Origin: Candidatus Poribacteria bacterium
GTDB lineage: Bacteria > Poribacteria > WGA-4E > GCA-2687025
Direction of reading: 5' to 3'
Length of the DNA: 64,000 bases
Assembly: GCA_963665845.2 (NCBI GenBank)
Contig: OY762492.1
Coordinates: forward strand, 3,232,001-3,296,000
In this document: positions 38,826-51,219 of the stretch, piece by piece
How the letters are laid out: each line of letters starts with the position of its first letter
Position numbering within the stretch: the stretch's first letter is position 1
Translations under genes and position numbers: made by a program
Notes under the pieces: generated by a model
Told to the model about the DNA's origin: nothing
The model's database searches: none
The model's input: only the letters and a program-made list of their open reading frames with translations

Positions 38826-38897
38826 AATGCGCAAATGAAGCGGTGGTACGCTCATGCGGGATTTTCATTTTGATTCTAAAGCGTCCGCGCCACCGGT

Positions 38898-38992
38898 CGT
38901 CATTCCCGCGTAAGCGGGAATCTTAAAGCATCGCAGTTGTCGCGCCCGTCCTTTAAACCCCTAGCCCCCTTTTCAAGGGGGGAATCGGAGGC
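38898..38992. repeat. REP plus C-run palindrome module
   Basis: CGTCATTCCCGCGTAAGCGGGAATCTTAA...AAACCCCTAGCCCCCTTTTCAAGGGGGGAATC; same module as at 18649 and 60740. Confidence 0.8.
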
Positions 38993-39166
38993 GCCATCTA
39001 AAAAATGCGGGTTGACGCTTGTATGCGCCGCGTTTTTGCCCGATTCTTGCGCATTCAACTTGCCATCGCCCGCCGTTACAGAGTATATTAATTGACTGCG
39101 CCGCCCATGCGCCGTTGGCGGAGGAAGCGTCTGCGTTTAAAAAAAACGGCAAAACGCAAACTTTGC

Positions 39167-39195
39167 TTGACGCATGCCGGAGTCGGCGTTACTAT
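39167..39195 (+). promoter_or_regulatory. Sigma70-type promoter of the str operon
   Basis: TTGACG-N17-TACTAT preceded by A-tracts (UP-element-like). Confidence 0.7.
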
Positions 39196-39295
39196 TATTT
39201 TCTTGGTATGGGCGGCGTATGTTGAACGCCGTTTGTTCAGCGCATGTTTGGAAGCCTGCTTAACGCGGCTTTCATAAATGGATATGGAGCGGTTT

Positions 39296-39664
39296 ATGCC
39301 TACGGTCAACCAGTTAGTTCGGAAGGGTCGCAAGCGTACGACCAAGAAAAGCAAATCGCCGGCGCTGGAGAGGTCGCCGCAGCGCCAGGGCATCTGTCTC
39401 CAGGTGCGGACAAAGCCGCCGAAGAAACCGAATTCGGCGCTGCGCAAGATCGCGCGCGTCCGTCTCACCAACGGGCGCGAAATCACGGCGTACATACCCG
39501 GCATTGACCATAACCTGAACGAGCATAGCTCCGTCCTTGTGCGCGGCGGAAATGTGCGCGACCTTCCGAATGTGGGTTACCATATTGTGCGCGGGACGCG
39601 CGAATGCGACGGCGTTGAGAACCGCAAGCAGGGGCGCTCAAAATACGGCGCGAAGCGGCGGTAA
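39296..39664 (+). CDS. rpsL: 30S ribosomal protein S12
   Basis: [26 protein letters not shown]. Confidence 0.98.
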   Translation: MPTVNQLVRKGRKRTTKKSKSPALERSPQRQGICLQVRTKPPKKPNSALRKIARVRLTNGREITAYIPGIDHNLNEHSSVLVRGGNVRDLPNVGYHIVRGTRECDGVENRKQGRSKYGAKRR

Positions 39665-39690
39665 TTTTTTAAGCAGGAGAGGAATCGGCA

Positions 39691-40164
39691 ATGCCGAGAC
39701 GTAACGCAGCGGAACGACGGCCGACGCCGCCCGACCCGGTATACGGGAGCGTGGACCTTCAGAAGTTTATCAACAGCATCATGCTGAAGGGCAAGAAAAG
39801 CGTTGCCGAGCGCATCGTGTACGGCTCGCTGGACACGATCGGCGACCGGACGGGGCGCAATCCGCGCGAGGTGTTTGACGAGGCGCTGGACAATGTGAAG
39901 CCGGTGGTGGAGATTCGCCCGCGGCGCGTCGGCGCGCAGACCTATCAGGTGCCGGTGGAGGTTCGCCCCGAACGGCGCTTGTCGCTCGCGTTTCGCTGGA
40001 TTATCACCGCGGCGCGGGAGGCGCGCAACGAAAAGACGATGTCGGCGCGTCTCGCCGCGGAGCTGCTGGACGCTTCCCGTTCCGAAGGGCATGCGATTCG
40101 CCGAAAAGAAGAGACGCACCGCATGGCGGAAGCGAACAAAGCGTTTTCGCATTACCGCTGGTAG
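39691..40164 (+). CDS. rpsG: 30S ribosomal protein S7
   Basis: [32 protein letters not shown]. Confidence 0.98.
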   Translation: MPRRNAAERRPTPPDPVYGSVDLQKFINSIMLKGKKSVAERIVYGSLDTIGDRTGRNPREVFDEALDNVKPVVEIRPRRVGAQTYQVPVEVRPERRLSLAFRWIITAAREARNEKTMSARLAAELLDASRSEGHAIRRKEETHRMAEANKAFSHYRW

Positions 40165-40176
40165 AAGGGGTCGATT

Positions 40177-42291
<2,115 letters not shown>

Positions 42292-42320
42292 AAGCAGAAA
42301 CCCGCAAAGGAGTAGCCGAT

Positions 42321-43511
42321 ATGGCGCGCGGAAAATTTGAGCGGACAAAACCGCATGTTAACGTTGGAACCATTGGGCATGTCGATCATGGCAAGACGAC
42401 CCTGACGGCAGCCATCACCCTCATTCAATCGAATCGAGGGCTTTCGGAAGTGCGCGACTTCGATAGCATCGACAACGCGCCGGAGGAACGCGAGCGCGGC
42501 ATCACCATTCAGACCGCCCACGTCGAATATGAAACCGAGAACCGCCACTACGCCCATGTGGACTGCCCCGGTCATGCGGACTATATCAAGAACATGATCA
42601 CAGGAGCCGCCCAGATGGACGGCGCCATCTTGGTCGTATCCGCCGCCGATGGACCCATGCCCCAGACCCGCGAGCATGTGCTGCTGGCGCGGCAGGTGAA
42701 CGTCCCCGCCCTGGTCGTCTTTCTCAACAAGGTCGATATGGTGGACGACGAGGAGCTGCTGGAGCTGGTCGAGCTGGAGGTGCGCGAGCTGTTGAGCGAG
42801 TATCAGTTCCCTGGAGACGACATCCCGGTTGTCATGGGCTCGGCGTTGAACGCTCTGGAATCGGGCGACGCCGAGGGCGACGGCGCCTGCATCGTCGAAC
42901 TGATGGACGCGGTGGACGAGTATATCCCGGAGCCGGAGCGCGACATCGACCGCCCGTTCCTGATGCCGATTGAGGACGTGTTCAGCATCTCTGGGCGCGG
43001 CACCGTGGTGACGGGGCGCATTGAGCGCGGCAAAGTGACGGTCGGCGACACGGTTGAAATCGTCGGAATTCAGCCGACCCGGTCGACGGTCGCCACCGGC
43101 GTTGAGATGTTCAACAAGCAGCTGGACGAAGGAATCGCAGGCGACAACGCGGGGGTGCTTCTGCGCGGAACGGCGCGCGACGAGGTGGAGCGCGGACAGG
43201 TGCTGTCGGCGCCAAACTCCATTCAGCCGCACAAAAGCTTCAAGGCGGAGGTGTATGTCCTGAAAGGCGAAGAAGGCGGGCGCAAAACCCCGTTCTTCAC
43301 CGGCTACAGGCCGCAGTTCTACTTCCGAACAACCGACGTGACCGGCGCGGTGACGCTGGACGAAAACATCGAGATGGTCATGCCCGGCGACAACGCGACG
43401 TTCAACGTGGAACTGATCACCCCGATCGCCATGGACGAGGGTCTGCGCTTTGCGATTCGCGAAGGCAGCCGCACCGTCGGAGCCGGCGTCGTTACCGAGA
43501 TATTCGACTAA
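42321..43511 (+). CDS. tuf: Elongation factor Tu
   Basis: [34 protein letters not shown]. Confidence 0.99.
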   Translation: MARGKFERTKPHVNVGTIGHVDHGKTTLTAAITLIQSNRGLSEVRDFDSIDNAPEERERGITIQTAHVEYETENRHYAHVDCPGHADYIKNMITGAAQMDGAILVVSAADGPMPQTREHVLLARQVNVPALVVFLNKVDMVDDEELLELVELEVRELLSEYQFPGDDIPVVMGSALNALESGDAEGDGACIVELMDAVDEYIPEPERDIDRPFLMPIEDVFSISGRGTVVTGRIERGKVTVGDTVEIVGIQPTRSTVATGVEMFNKQLDEGIAGDNAGVLLRGTARDEVERGQVLSAPNSIQPHKSFKAEVYVLKGEEGGRKTPFFTGYRPQFYFRTTDVTGAVTLDENIEMVMPGDNATFNVELITPIAMDEGLRFAIREGSRTVGAGVVTEIFD

Positions 43512-43526
43512 CGACAGGGGATCTGG

Positions 43527-43835
43527 ATGGCGACGACGATACGCATAAAATTGGAAGCTTACGACCACCGTCTGCTTGACAGGTCCGTGTCGGAGATCTG
43601 CGACATCATCAAGCAGACGGGGGCGTTGGTGAGCGGACCCGTTCCGTTGCCGACCCACCGTAGGGTCTGGACGGTGAACCGAAGCACATTTGTGGACAAG
43701 AAATCGCGCGAGCAGTTTGAAATGCGCATACATAAGCGCCTCATTGACGTGACTGACCATACGCCGAGAACGATGGATGCCCTTGGGCAGTTCGATCTGC
43801 CGTCCGGCATCAACATCAAGGTGGCGTTGAAGTAG
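43527..43835 (+). CDS. rpsJ: 30S ribosomal protein S10
   Basis: [22 protein letters not shown]. Confidence 0.98.
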   Translation: MATTIRIKLEAYDHRLLDRSVSEICDIIKQTGALVSGPVPLPTHRRVWTVNRSTFVDKKSREQFEMRIHKRLIDVTDHTPRTMDALGQFDLPSGINIKVALK

Positions 43836-43846
43836 AGGATGAAACG

Positions 43847-44482
43847 ATGAGCATCGGCTTGATCGGTACCAAAATTGGCATGACGCGCCTGTTTGACGAG
43901 GCCGGAATTTCGGTCGGCGTTACGGTGATCCAGGCGGGTCCATGCCCCGTCGCGCAGGTGAAAACGCAGGAGCGCGATTCGTATTCCGCCGTTCAGCTCG
44001 GCTACGGTTCGCGGAAGCGTCCGAACCGTCCGACGCGCGGACATTTTGAAAAATCGGGCGCGGAGCCGACGCGCGCGCTGCGCGAATTTCGCGTGGACGA
44101 CCCGTCCGAATACGCGGTCGGAGACCTGATTCGCGTTGAGGATCTGTTCGCTTCAGGCGAATATGTGGATGTGAGCGGCGTATCAAAAGGGCGCGGGTTT
44201 GCGGGCGTTGTGAAGCGCTGGGGCTTTGCCGGACAGAAGGCGAGCCACGGCGCGGAGAAAAATCACCGCCGACCCGGCTCCATCGGCTGCAGCGCGACGC
44301 CTTCCCGCGTTGTGAAAGGGCGCAAAATGCCCGGACGCATGGGCGGCGAGCGCAAGACGGTACAGAACCTAAAGGTGATGCAGACCGACGCCGAGAACAA
44401 CTTGATTGTGGTGAAGGGCGCGGCGCCCGGACCGAACGGCGGCTTTGTGCTGGTGCGCAAGGCGGCAAAACGGTCCAGCTAG
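43847..44482 (+). CDS. rplC: 50S ribosomal protein L3
   Basis: GTKIGMT, SKGRGFAGVVKRW, RRPGSIG, MPGRMG. Confidence 0.98.
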   Translation: MSIGLIGTKIGMTRLFDEAGISVGVTVIQAGPCPVAQVKTQERDSYSAVQLGYGSRKRPNRPTRGHFEKSGAEPTRALREFRVDDPSEYAVGDLIRVEDLFASGEYVDVSGVSKGRGFAGVVKRWGFAGQKASHGAEKNHRRPGSIGCSATPSRVVKGRKMPGRMGGERKTVQNLKVMQTDAENNLIVVKGAAPGPNGGFVLVRKAAKRSS

Positions 44483-44502
44483 CGGAGGAAAGACGTCCCA
44501 AG

Positions 44503-45516
44503 ATGGAATTGCGGATAGTAGATCAATCAGGCGCGGACGCGGGATCGGTGGCGGCGCCCGCTCTCTTGGCGGAGGGCGAGATCCATATGGCGGCGCTGCA
44601 TCAGGCGGTGACCGCTCACTTGGCAAATCGACGCAGCGGCACATCAAAAGTGAAAACGCGCAGCGAAGTGCGCGGAAGCGGACGCAAAATGTTCCGCCAA
44701 AAAGGTCTCGGCAGAGCGCGTATGGGCGACCGGCAATCTCCCATACGGGTCGGCGGCGGAATCATCTTTGGACCGACGCCGCGCAGCTACCGCCAGAAGA
44801 CTCCCCGAAAGATGAAACGGCTCGCGCTGCTGTCTGCCCTGCGCGATAAACTGCAGAGCGGAGGAATCAAGCTGATCGACTCGTTCCCAGAAAACGGGGA
44901 GGTTCCAAAAACGAAGCGGGTCGTCTCTCTCTTGAAAAGCGTCGGCGTTGACCGGGAGAAGACGCTGCTGGTGACCGCCGAGAGCAACCCATGGCTGCTC
45001 ATCTCATCCCGCAATCTGCCGTATGTTGAGGCGGCGTTGAGCAGTCAGATACATCCGTATCAGATACTGACGCGCGATACGCTCATCTTTTCGGTGGAGG
45101 CTTGGGAAGCGCTGCTTTCCCGCTTGGGCGTAGAAGACGCGCCGGCGGTGGAGCCCCCCCTAGAGCATTCCGAAGAGGCGGATGAAACGCCTGTTGAAGT
45201 GGATGTAGCGCCGGCGGAAGTCGAAGAGGCGCCCGAAGAAACGCCCGCGGAAGCTGACGAGGCGGATGAAACGCTTGTTGAAGTGGATGTAGCGCCGGCG
45301 GAAGCCGAAGAGGCGCCCGAAGAAACGCCCGCGGAAGCTGACGAGGCGGATGAAACGCCTATTGAAGAAGCGGTTAAAGAATCTGAAGAGGCGTCTGAAG
45401 AAGCGCCTGTTGAAGCAGAAGAGGCAGTTGAAGAAGCGCCTGTTGAAGAAGCGCCGGCGGAAGAGGCGCCTGAAGAAGAGCGCAGCGATGACGAAGATGA
45501 ATCGGAGGCGTCCTGA
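44503..45516 (+). CDS. rplD: 50S ribosomal protein L4 with a long acidic C-terminal tail
   Basis: KTRSEVRGSGRK, RQKGLGRAR, GGGIIFGPTPR. Confidence 0.97.
   Translation: MELRIVDQSGADAGSVAAPALLAEGEIHMAALHQAVTAHLANRRSGTSKVKTRSEVRGSGRKMFRQKGLGRARMGDRQSPIRVGGGIIFGPTPRSYRQKTPRKMKRLALLSALRDKLQSGGIKLIDSFPENGEVPKTKRVVSLLKSVGVDREKTLLVTAESNPWLLISSRNLPYVEAALSSQIHPYQILTRDTLIFSVEAWEALLSRLGVEDAPAVEPPLEHSEEADETPVEVDVAPAEVEEAPEETPAEADEADETLVEVDVAPAEAEEAPEETPAEADEADETPIEEAVKESEEASEEAPVEAEEAVEEAPVEEAPAEEAPEEERSDDEDESEAS
45175..45360 (+). repeat. 84-bp coding tandem repeat within rplD
   Basis: Units at 45175 and 45259, partial at 45343, encoding EADET(P/L)VEVDVAPAE(V/A)EEAPEETPAEAD. Confidence 0.9.
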
Positions 45517-45872
45517 TGGCGATGGACCCGTATAAGGTTTTTCAGCGCCCGCTGATGACCGAAAAATCGACGATACAGAAAGACAAATACCGCGAACGCT
45601 TGGGCGCCGAATCCTATGTGAAATACACATTGGAGGTGCATATAAAAGCGACGAAGCAGGATATTCGCCGCGCCATCGAGACGCTGTTCCCCGAAACGGA
45701 GGGGCAGATTATCAAGATCAACACGATGCGCAAGCGCGGAAAACTGCGCGATCCAGAACGTTTGAGAGGCTACCGCCACCGCCGTTTTCGACCGGGGCGC
45801 ACAGCCGGGCAAAAAAAAGCGATCGTGACGCTGCGCGGCAACGTGACGATAACGCAGTTTGAAGGAGCGTGA
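45516..45872 (+). CDS. rplW: 50S ribosomal protein L23
   Basis: [26 protein letters not shown]; operon position. Confidence 0.95.
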   Translation: MAMDPYKVFQRPLMTEKSTIQKDKYRERLGAESYVKYTLEVHIKATKQDIRRAIETLFPETEGQIIKINTMRKRGKLRDPERLRGYRHRRFRPGRTAGQKKAIVTLRGNVTITQFEGA

Positions 45873-45874
45873 TC

Positions 45875-46732
45875 ATGGCAAAGAAACACCGCCCCTACAC
45901 ATCGTCGCGCCGTTTTATGACCACCTCCGAGTTTTCTGAAATAACCGCCTCAAAGCCGAAGAAGTCGCTCACAAGCGGCAAAAAACGGATTAGCGGGCGC
46001 AATTCGAAGGGGCGCATCACGATGCGTCGGCGCGGCGGCGGACATAAACGCCGATACCGCGTCATCGATTTCAAACGAAATAAGACAGGCATACCGGCGA
46101 CGGTACTCTCCATCGAATACGACCCGAACCGTTCGGCGCGCATCGCGCTGGTTCGGTATGAGGACGGCGAGGAGCGGTACATCTTGGCGCCGCATGGTTT
46201 GAAGGTCGGCGACGCGGTACAGTCGGGTCAGGACGCCGGCTACAATATCGGCAACGCGATGCCTCTGGAGAACATGCCGCTCGGCAGCGTGATTCACAAC
46301 ATCGAAATGCGCCCTGGAAAGGGCGGTCAACTGGCGCGCAGCGCGGGCGGTTCGGCTCGCCTTATGGCGCGGGAAGGCAAATACGCGACCATCCTGCTGC
46401 CGTCCGGCGAACAGCGCATGGTACTGTCGCGCTGCATGGGGACGCTGGGGCAGGTCGGAAACATTGACCATGAAAATATCGTGATCGGAAAAGCGGGCAG
46501 GTCGCGCTGGCTTGGACGGCGCCCGAAGGTGCGCGGCGTGGCGATGAACCCTGTCGACCACCCCCACGGCGGCGGCGAAGGCAAAAGCTCCGGCGGCGGA
46601 AGCTCCGGCGGCGGCGCGCATAAAAGTCGACATCCGGTCACGCCATGGGGCGTCCCAACGAAGGGGCGCAAGACGCGGAAAAAAAATAAAGCGTCGGAGC
46701 GGTTGATCATATCGCGTCGGAAGAAACGTTAA
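45875..46732 (+). CDS. rplB: 50S ribosomal protein L2
   Basis: [31 protein letters not shown]. Confidence 0.98.
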   Translation: MAKKHRPYTSSRRFMTTSEFSEITASKPKKSLTSGKKRISGRNSKGRITMRRRGGGHKRRYRVIDFKRNKTGIPATVLSIEYDPNRSARIALVRYEDGEERYILAPHGLKVGDAVQSGQDAGYNIGNAMPLENMPLGSVIHNIEMRPGKGGQLARSAGGSARLMAREGKYATILLPSGEQRMVLSRCMGTLGQVGNIDHENIVIGKAGRSRWLGRRPKVRGVAMNPVDHPHGGGEGKSSGGGSSGGGAHKSRHPVTPWGVPTKGRKTRKKNKASERLIISRRKKR

Positions 46733-46748
46733 CTGAAGGAGCGCTGCG

Positions 46749-47015
46749 ATGGCGCGTTCATTGAAAAAAGGCCCCTATGTGGAGCCGAAACTGGTCAAGA
46801 AAGTGCAGAAGCTGGAAGCGGCGGGCGAACGGGGCAAGGTGATACGCACCTACTCGCGCCGCTCCACCATCCTGCCGGAGTTTGTGGGTCATACCTTTTC
46901 GGTGTACAACGGAAAAAAGTTTTGGCCCGTGTTTATTTTGGAGTCGATGGTCGGACATAAGCTGGGAGAGTTTTCTCCGACGCGGACATACCGCGGGCTT
47001 CGGACGACCAGCTGA
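46749..47015 (+). CDS. rpsS: 30S ribosomal protein S19
   Basis: [20 protein letters not shown]. Confidence 0.98.
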   Translation: MARSLKKGPYVEPKLVKKVQKLEAAGERGKVIRTYSRRSTILPEFVGHTFSVYNGKKFWPVFILESMVGHKLGEFSPTRTYRGLRTTS

Positions 47016-47038
47016 ACAAGCGGACAGGGAGCGCAGGA

Positions 47039-47398
47039 ATGAGCGCGCGAGCGATACATCGGAACGCGCCGGTTTCTCCGCGCAAAGCGCGGCTGGTGGC
47101 GGATATGATTCGCCGCAAAACAGTGGAAGAGGCGCAGGATATATTAGAGTTCAACCCGCAGCGCGCGGCTTATCTCATCGGCAGGCTACTGCGTTCCGCG
47201 GCAGCGAACGCCGCCGAGTTGAGCGAGAACGACAACTGGCGCGGCGGGGAGGAACTGGATGAGAGCAATTTGTATGTGAAACGGATTGTCGTTGACGAGG
47301 GTCGGCGCTTAAAGCGCATGCGCCCGCGCGCGCGCGGAATGGCGTACGGCATCTTGCGCCGGCGGTGCCATATCACTTTAGAACTGGACGATCGATAG
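47039..47398 (+). CDS. rplV: 50S ribosomal protein L22
   Basis: SPRKARLVAD, SAAANA, RPRARG. Confidence 0.97.
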   Translation: MSARAIHRNAPVSPRKARLVADMIRRKTVEEAQDILEFNPQRAAYLIGRLLRSAAANAAELSENDNWRGGEELDESNLYVKRIVVDEGRRLKRMRPRARGMAYGILRRRCHITLELDDR

Positions 47399-47408
47399 GG
47401 GTAGTTTT

Positions 47409-48176
47409 TTGGGTCAAAAGACGCATCCGCGCGGTTTGCGGCTAGGCATCATACAGACATGGGACGCGCAGTGGTTCCCGAAACGCAAGAGCGATTACGC
47501 GGAATGGCTGCAGGAAGATATTGAGATCGAGAAGTTTATTCGTCAGCGCATGGCGCGGGCGGCCATCGCGCGGGTGCGCGTGGAACGATGGGACGAGGAG
47601 CGGTTCAAGATCCATGTGCATACGGCGCGCCCAGGCATGGTCATCGGGCGCCGAGGCGCCGATATTGAGCTGCTTCAGGAGGAGCTGGCGAAGAAGATCG
47701 GCAAGCCCTCCAAGATCGAAATCAAGGAGATACGGCAGCCCGACCTGGAAGCGTATCTGGTGGCGGAGGGCGTCGCCGCGCAACTGGAGCGCCGCGCGCG
47801 TTACAGGGACGCGATGAAACGCGCTGTCCAAAATTCGATGCGCTCCGGCGCTCAAGGCTGCAAGATCATGGTGAGCGGGCGTCTCGGCGGCAACGAGATT
47901 GCCAACTCGCATTACGAGATACAGGGGCGCGTTCCGCTGCATACGCTCCGCGCCGACATCGATTACGGTTTTGCCGAGGCGAAGACCACCTACGGCGTCA
48001 TCGGCGTCAAGGCATGGATCTTCCGCGGCGAAGTGATTTCGGGCTTTGTCGGTCAAGACGACCTGCAGATGTTGAAACCCCGTTCAGGCTTGAATTCGCC
48101 GCCCCGCGGAACGCGCGGCAACCAAGACCGCGGGCGCGGGCGGGTCGGCTTTGGCAGACAAGGACGTTCCCGATGA
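47409..48176 (+). CDS. rpsC: 30S ribosomal protein S3
   Basis: [30 protein letters not shown]. Confidence 0.98.
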   Translation: MGQKTHPRGLRLGIIQTWDAQWFPKRKSDYAEWLQEDIEIEKFIRQRMARAAIARVRVERWDEERFKIHVHTARPGMVIGRRGADIELLQEELAKKIGKPSKIEIKEIRQPDLEAYLVAEGVAAQLERRARYRDAMKRAVQNSMRSGAQGCKIMVSGRLGGNEIANSHYEIQGRVPLHTLRADIDYGFAEAKTTYGVIGVKAWIFRGEVISGFVGQDDLQMLKPRSGLNSPPRGTRGNQDRGRGRVGFGRQGRSR

Positions 48177-48189
48177 AAGGCTCTCACAA

Positions 48190-48609
48190 ATGTTGATGCC
48201 GAAACGGCCGAAATATCGTAAATTGCATCGCGGTCGAATGAAAGGCGCCGCCTCGCGCGGCAATACGGTCGCCTTTGGCGAATACGGCTTGCAGGCTCTG
48301 GAGCCTGGACGCATATCCAACCGGCAAATTGAGTCCGGGCGTATTGCAATCACGCGCCATGTGCGGCGCGGCGGAAAGGTCTGGATCAAAATCTTTCCCG
48401 ACAGGCCCGTCTGGAAAAAACCGCTTGAAATGCGCATGGGCAAAGGAAAAGGCTCGCAGGAAGGCTGGGTCGCGGTCGTTCAGCCGGGGCGCATCCTGTA
48501 TGAGCTGGCGGGCGTCCCGGAGGATGTCGCCCGCGTCGCCATGACGCGCGCCAAGCACAAGCTGCCCATCAAAACGCGGTTTGTGCGCCGCGGATTTGGA
48601 GGTCAGTAA
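48190..48609 (+). CDS. rplP: 50S ribosomal protein L16
   Basis: [24 protein letters not shown]. Confidence 0.98.
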   Translation: MLMPKRPKYRKLHRGRMKGAASRGNTVAFGEYGLQALEPGRISNRQIESGRIAITRHVRRGGKVWIKIFPDRPVWKKPLEMRMGKGKGSQEGWVAVVQPGRILYELAGVPEDVARVAMTRAKHKLPIKTRFVRRGFGGQ

Positions 48610-48610
48610 A

Positions 48611-49042
48611 ATGAGAATACCCGCAGAAGAGATCGGAGCCGACTCCATCGATGAATTGCGCGAGCGGACGCCCGCCGAATTAAAAGAAAACCTGCGGACG
48701 CTGCGCCGCCTAAGCGTCGACCTAAAGTTTCAAACCGTGTACGGACAGGTCGAAAACACGCGCAGGATGGGAAACACGCGGCGCAATACGGCGCGCGTCT
48801 TGACTGTTCTGCGCGAAAAGCAGATACAGAGCTTCTTGATGAGCGACCCTGACGTACAAGAGGGCTTGAACGAAGGCAGATACCACTTTTCAGCCGGGAA
48901 GCAAGACCCCAAGTCCGCCATCGGACTGGACGACATCTCCGGCAACGACGCGCGCTCCATCACGCTGGCGATGCGGCTGTGGGCGTCGCTGCGCAAGGAG
49001 CCGTCCTTTTTTGAACGCACGAGGCGGCTGCCGAAGATATGA
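48611..49042 (+). CDS. rpmC: 50S ribosomal protein L29 with a long C-terminal extension
   Basis: ELRERTPAEL...LKFQ..GQVEN...RRNTARVLTVLREK; lies between rplP and rpsQ. Confidence 0.9.
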   Translation: MRIPAEEIGADSIDELRERTPAELKENLRTLRRLSVDLKFQTVYGQVENTRRMGNTRRNTARVLTVLREKQIQSFLMSDPDVQEGLNEGRYHFSAGKQDPKSAIGLDDISGNDARSITLAMRLWASLRKEPSFFERTRRLPKI

Positions 49043-49076
49043 GCGCGTATTTTGACTTTGAAAAACGGAGAACAAG

Positions 49077-49340
49077 ATGAACGGCAATGAGCGGGGCAAC
49101 CGCAAAACCCGATCGGGCGTTGTGGTGAGCGATAAGATGGATAAGACCGTTTCGGTGCTGGTGGAGCGGGCGTTTCCGCATCCGGTCTATGGAAAGATTG
49201 TGCGCCGCTCCAAGCGGTATCTTGCCCATGACGAGCATAACGAAGCGAACGCGGGCGACCGGGTGCTGCTGATGGAAACGCGCCCGTTGAGCCGCCGCAA
49301 GCGCTGGCGGGTGGCGGCGGTCTTAGAGCGGGCGCAGTGA
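49077..49340 (+). CDS. rpsQ: 30S ribosomal protein S17
   Basis: [23 protein letters not shown]. Confidence 0.98.
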   Translation: MNGNERGNRKTRSGVVVSDKMDKTVSVLVERAFPHPVYGKIVRRSKRYLAHDEHNEANAGDRVLLMETRPLSRRKRWRVAAVLERAQ

Positions 49341-49371
49341 TCATTGGAAGCGATTTTTTGAGGACACGGCG

Positions 49372-49746
49372 ATGATTCAACGCGAAACATACTTACAGGT
49401 TGCCGACAACAGCGGCGCCAAAAAGATCATGTGTATCGGCATTTTAGGCGGAACGCGCCGCCGTTACGCCCGAGTCGGCGACATTATCCGCGCCGCCGTG
49501 AAAGAAGCGGCGCCGGACAGCAAGATCAAAAAAGGCGAGGTGGTCAGCGCGGTTGTAGTCCGAACCGCGAAAGAGTACCGCCGCCCGGACGGATCGTATA
49601 TCAAGTTTGACCAGAACGCGGCGGCGATCATCGACACCGAAGACGACAATGAGCCGATCGGATCGCGCATCTTTGGACCGGTGGCGCGGGAACTGCGGGA
49701 ACGCGGTTTTATGCGCATCGTATCGCTCGCCCCGGAGGTGTTTTAG
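49372..49746 (+). CDS. rplN: 50S ribosomal protein L14
   Basis: [24 protein letters not shown]. Confidence 0.98.
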   Translation: MIQRETYLQVADNSGAKKIMCIGILGGTRRRYARVGDIIRAAVKEAAPDSKIKKGEVVSAVVVRTAKEYRRPDGSYIKFDQNAAAIIDTEDDNEPIGSRIFGPVARELRERGFMRIVSLAPEVF

Positions 49747-49759
49747 AAAGGAACCGGTC

Positions 49760-50017
49760 ATGCCGAAACGAAAGCGTATGAAGTTTCGCGTCAAAGTGGG
49801 CGACCTGGTCAAGGTGATCAGCGGCGACTGGATTGACGTTCAAGGCGCGGTGACGGAGGTGGACCGCATTCGCGGGCGCGTCGTCGTCGAGGGAGTCAAT
49901 CTGAAGACGCGGCATCTGCGCCCTAACCGGCAGTTCCCCGAAGGGGGAATGGTGGAGCGCGAGGCTTCGATACACATCTCCAATGTGCAGGTGATCGAAG
50001 AAGCGGCAGATTCGTAA
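49760..50017 (+). CDS. rplX: 50S ribosomal protein L24 (short form)
   Basis: KVGDLVKVISG, VVVEGVN, EASIHISNV. Confidence 0.95.
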   Translation: MPKRKRMKFRVKVGDLVKVISGDWIDVQGAVTEVDRIRGRVVVEGVNLKTRHLRPNRQFPEGGMVEREASIHISNVQVIEEAADS

Positions 50018-50026
50018 GGAGAAGCG

Positions 50027-50605
50027 ATGGACAATTTGACGCGGGAAAGCTATGAACGGGAGGCGGGAGCCGCTTTAAAAGAGCGGTTCGGCTTTCATAA
50101 CCCGATGCAGATACCCCGTTTAGACAAGATCGTCGTCAGCATGGGTCTCGGAGCGGCAGGCGCCGCCGGCGGCAATTCCGCCCTGATCGATTATGCGATG
50201 AACGATATGGCGAAGATCACAGGGCAGCGCCCGTCGGCGAGAGCGGCGCGCAAGCATGTTTCTAACTTCAAGATACGCGCGGGCAACCGCGTCGGATGTA
50301 TGGTGACGCTGCGCCGTCAACGTATGTATGCGTTTTACCATCGGCTGGTGAAGATCGCGCTTCCGCAGATACGCGACTTTCGCGGCGTGAACCCAAACTC
50401 GTTTGACGGGCGCGGAAACTATGCGATGGGCTTGACGGAGCAGATCATCTTTCCGGAGATCTCATATGACGATATGGAGCAGACGCTCGGTATGAACATC
50501 GTCATCGTAACGACAGCATCGACCGACGAGCATGCGCGGGAGCTGCTGCGGCTTCTCGGCATGCCGTTTCGAGACGACATTTCACAGACAGGCAGGGAGA
50601 TATGA
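50027..50605 (+). CDS. rplE: 50S ribosomal protein L5
   Basis: [27 protein letters not shown]. Confidence 0.98.
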   Translation: MDNLTRESYEREAGAALKERFGFHNPMQIPRLDKIVVSMGLGAAGAAGGNSALIDYAMNDMAKITGQRPSARAARKHVSNFKIRAGNRVGCMVTLRRQRMYAFYHRLVKIALPQIRDFRGVNPNSFDGRGNYAMGLTEQIIFPEISYDDMEQTLGMNIVIVTTASTDEHARELLRLLGMPFRDDISQTGREI

Positions 50606-50787
50606 CACGAAAAGCGTTGTTAGAGAAATCGAAGCGAACGCCGAAGTTTTCGACGCGGAAGCGGAATCGCTGCGGGCAGTGCGGCCGTCCGCGCGGTTAT
50701 CTGCGTCAGTTTGGTTTGTGCCGCATCTGTTTTCGTCTGCTGGCGCGTCAAGGGCGCATTCCAGGCGTTGTCAAAGCGAGTTGGTGA
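50602..50787 (+). CDS. rpsN: 30S ribosomal protein S14 (Zn-binding type)
   Basis: [26 protein letters not shown]. Confidence 0.97.
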   Translation: MTRKALLEKSKRTPKFSTRKRNRCGQCGRPRGYLRQFGLCRICFRLLARQGRIPGVVKASW

Positions 50788-50796
50788 GGTGAGCGC

Positions 50797-51195
50797 ATGT
50801 CGATGACCGATCCGTTGGCGGATATGTTGACGCGGATACGCAACGCGGGAATGCGCCGCAAAACCAGCGTGGACGCGCCCGCGTCAAAACTGCATGAGGC
50901 GGTGGCGCGCATCCTGGTTGAAGAGGGGTATATCCGCGACTACCGCCGCCTAGAAGACAACAAGCAGGGAATGCTGACGATCTATCTCAAATACGGCGAG
51001 AACCGCGAGCCGGTCATCGTCGGAATCAAACGGGTGAGCAGCCCAGGCAGGCGCGTCTATGCAGGCGCGCGCAACATGCCGCGCGTGTTGAACGGCTTAG
51101 GCTCGGCAATCGTGTCGACCTCGCAAGGCGTGTTGACCGGCAAGGAGTGCGCCCGGCGCGGCGTCGGCGGCGAGGTGCTGTGTCATGTATGGTGA
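50797..51195 (+). CDS. rpsH: 30S ribosomal protein S8
   Basis: [27 protein letters not shown]. Confidence 0.98.
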   Translation: MSMTDPLADMLTRIRNAGMRRKTSVDAPASKLHEAVARILVEEGYIRDYRRLEDNKQGMLTIYLKYGENREPVIVGIKRVSSPGRRVYAGARNMPRVLNGLGSAIVSTSQGVLTGKECARRGVGGEVLCHVW

Positions 51196-51219
51196 AACGG
51201 TAGACGAAAGGAAGAAAGC

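Noticed and set aside
39196-39295. Possible structured leader or riboswitch upstream of rpsL
   Set aside because: Only short hairpins are visible and no known family was recognised; an Rfam/Infernal search would be needed
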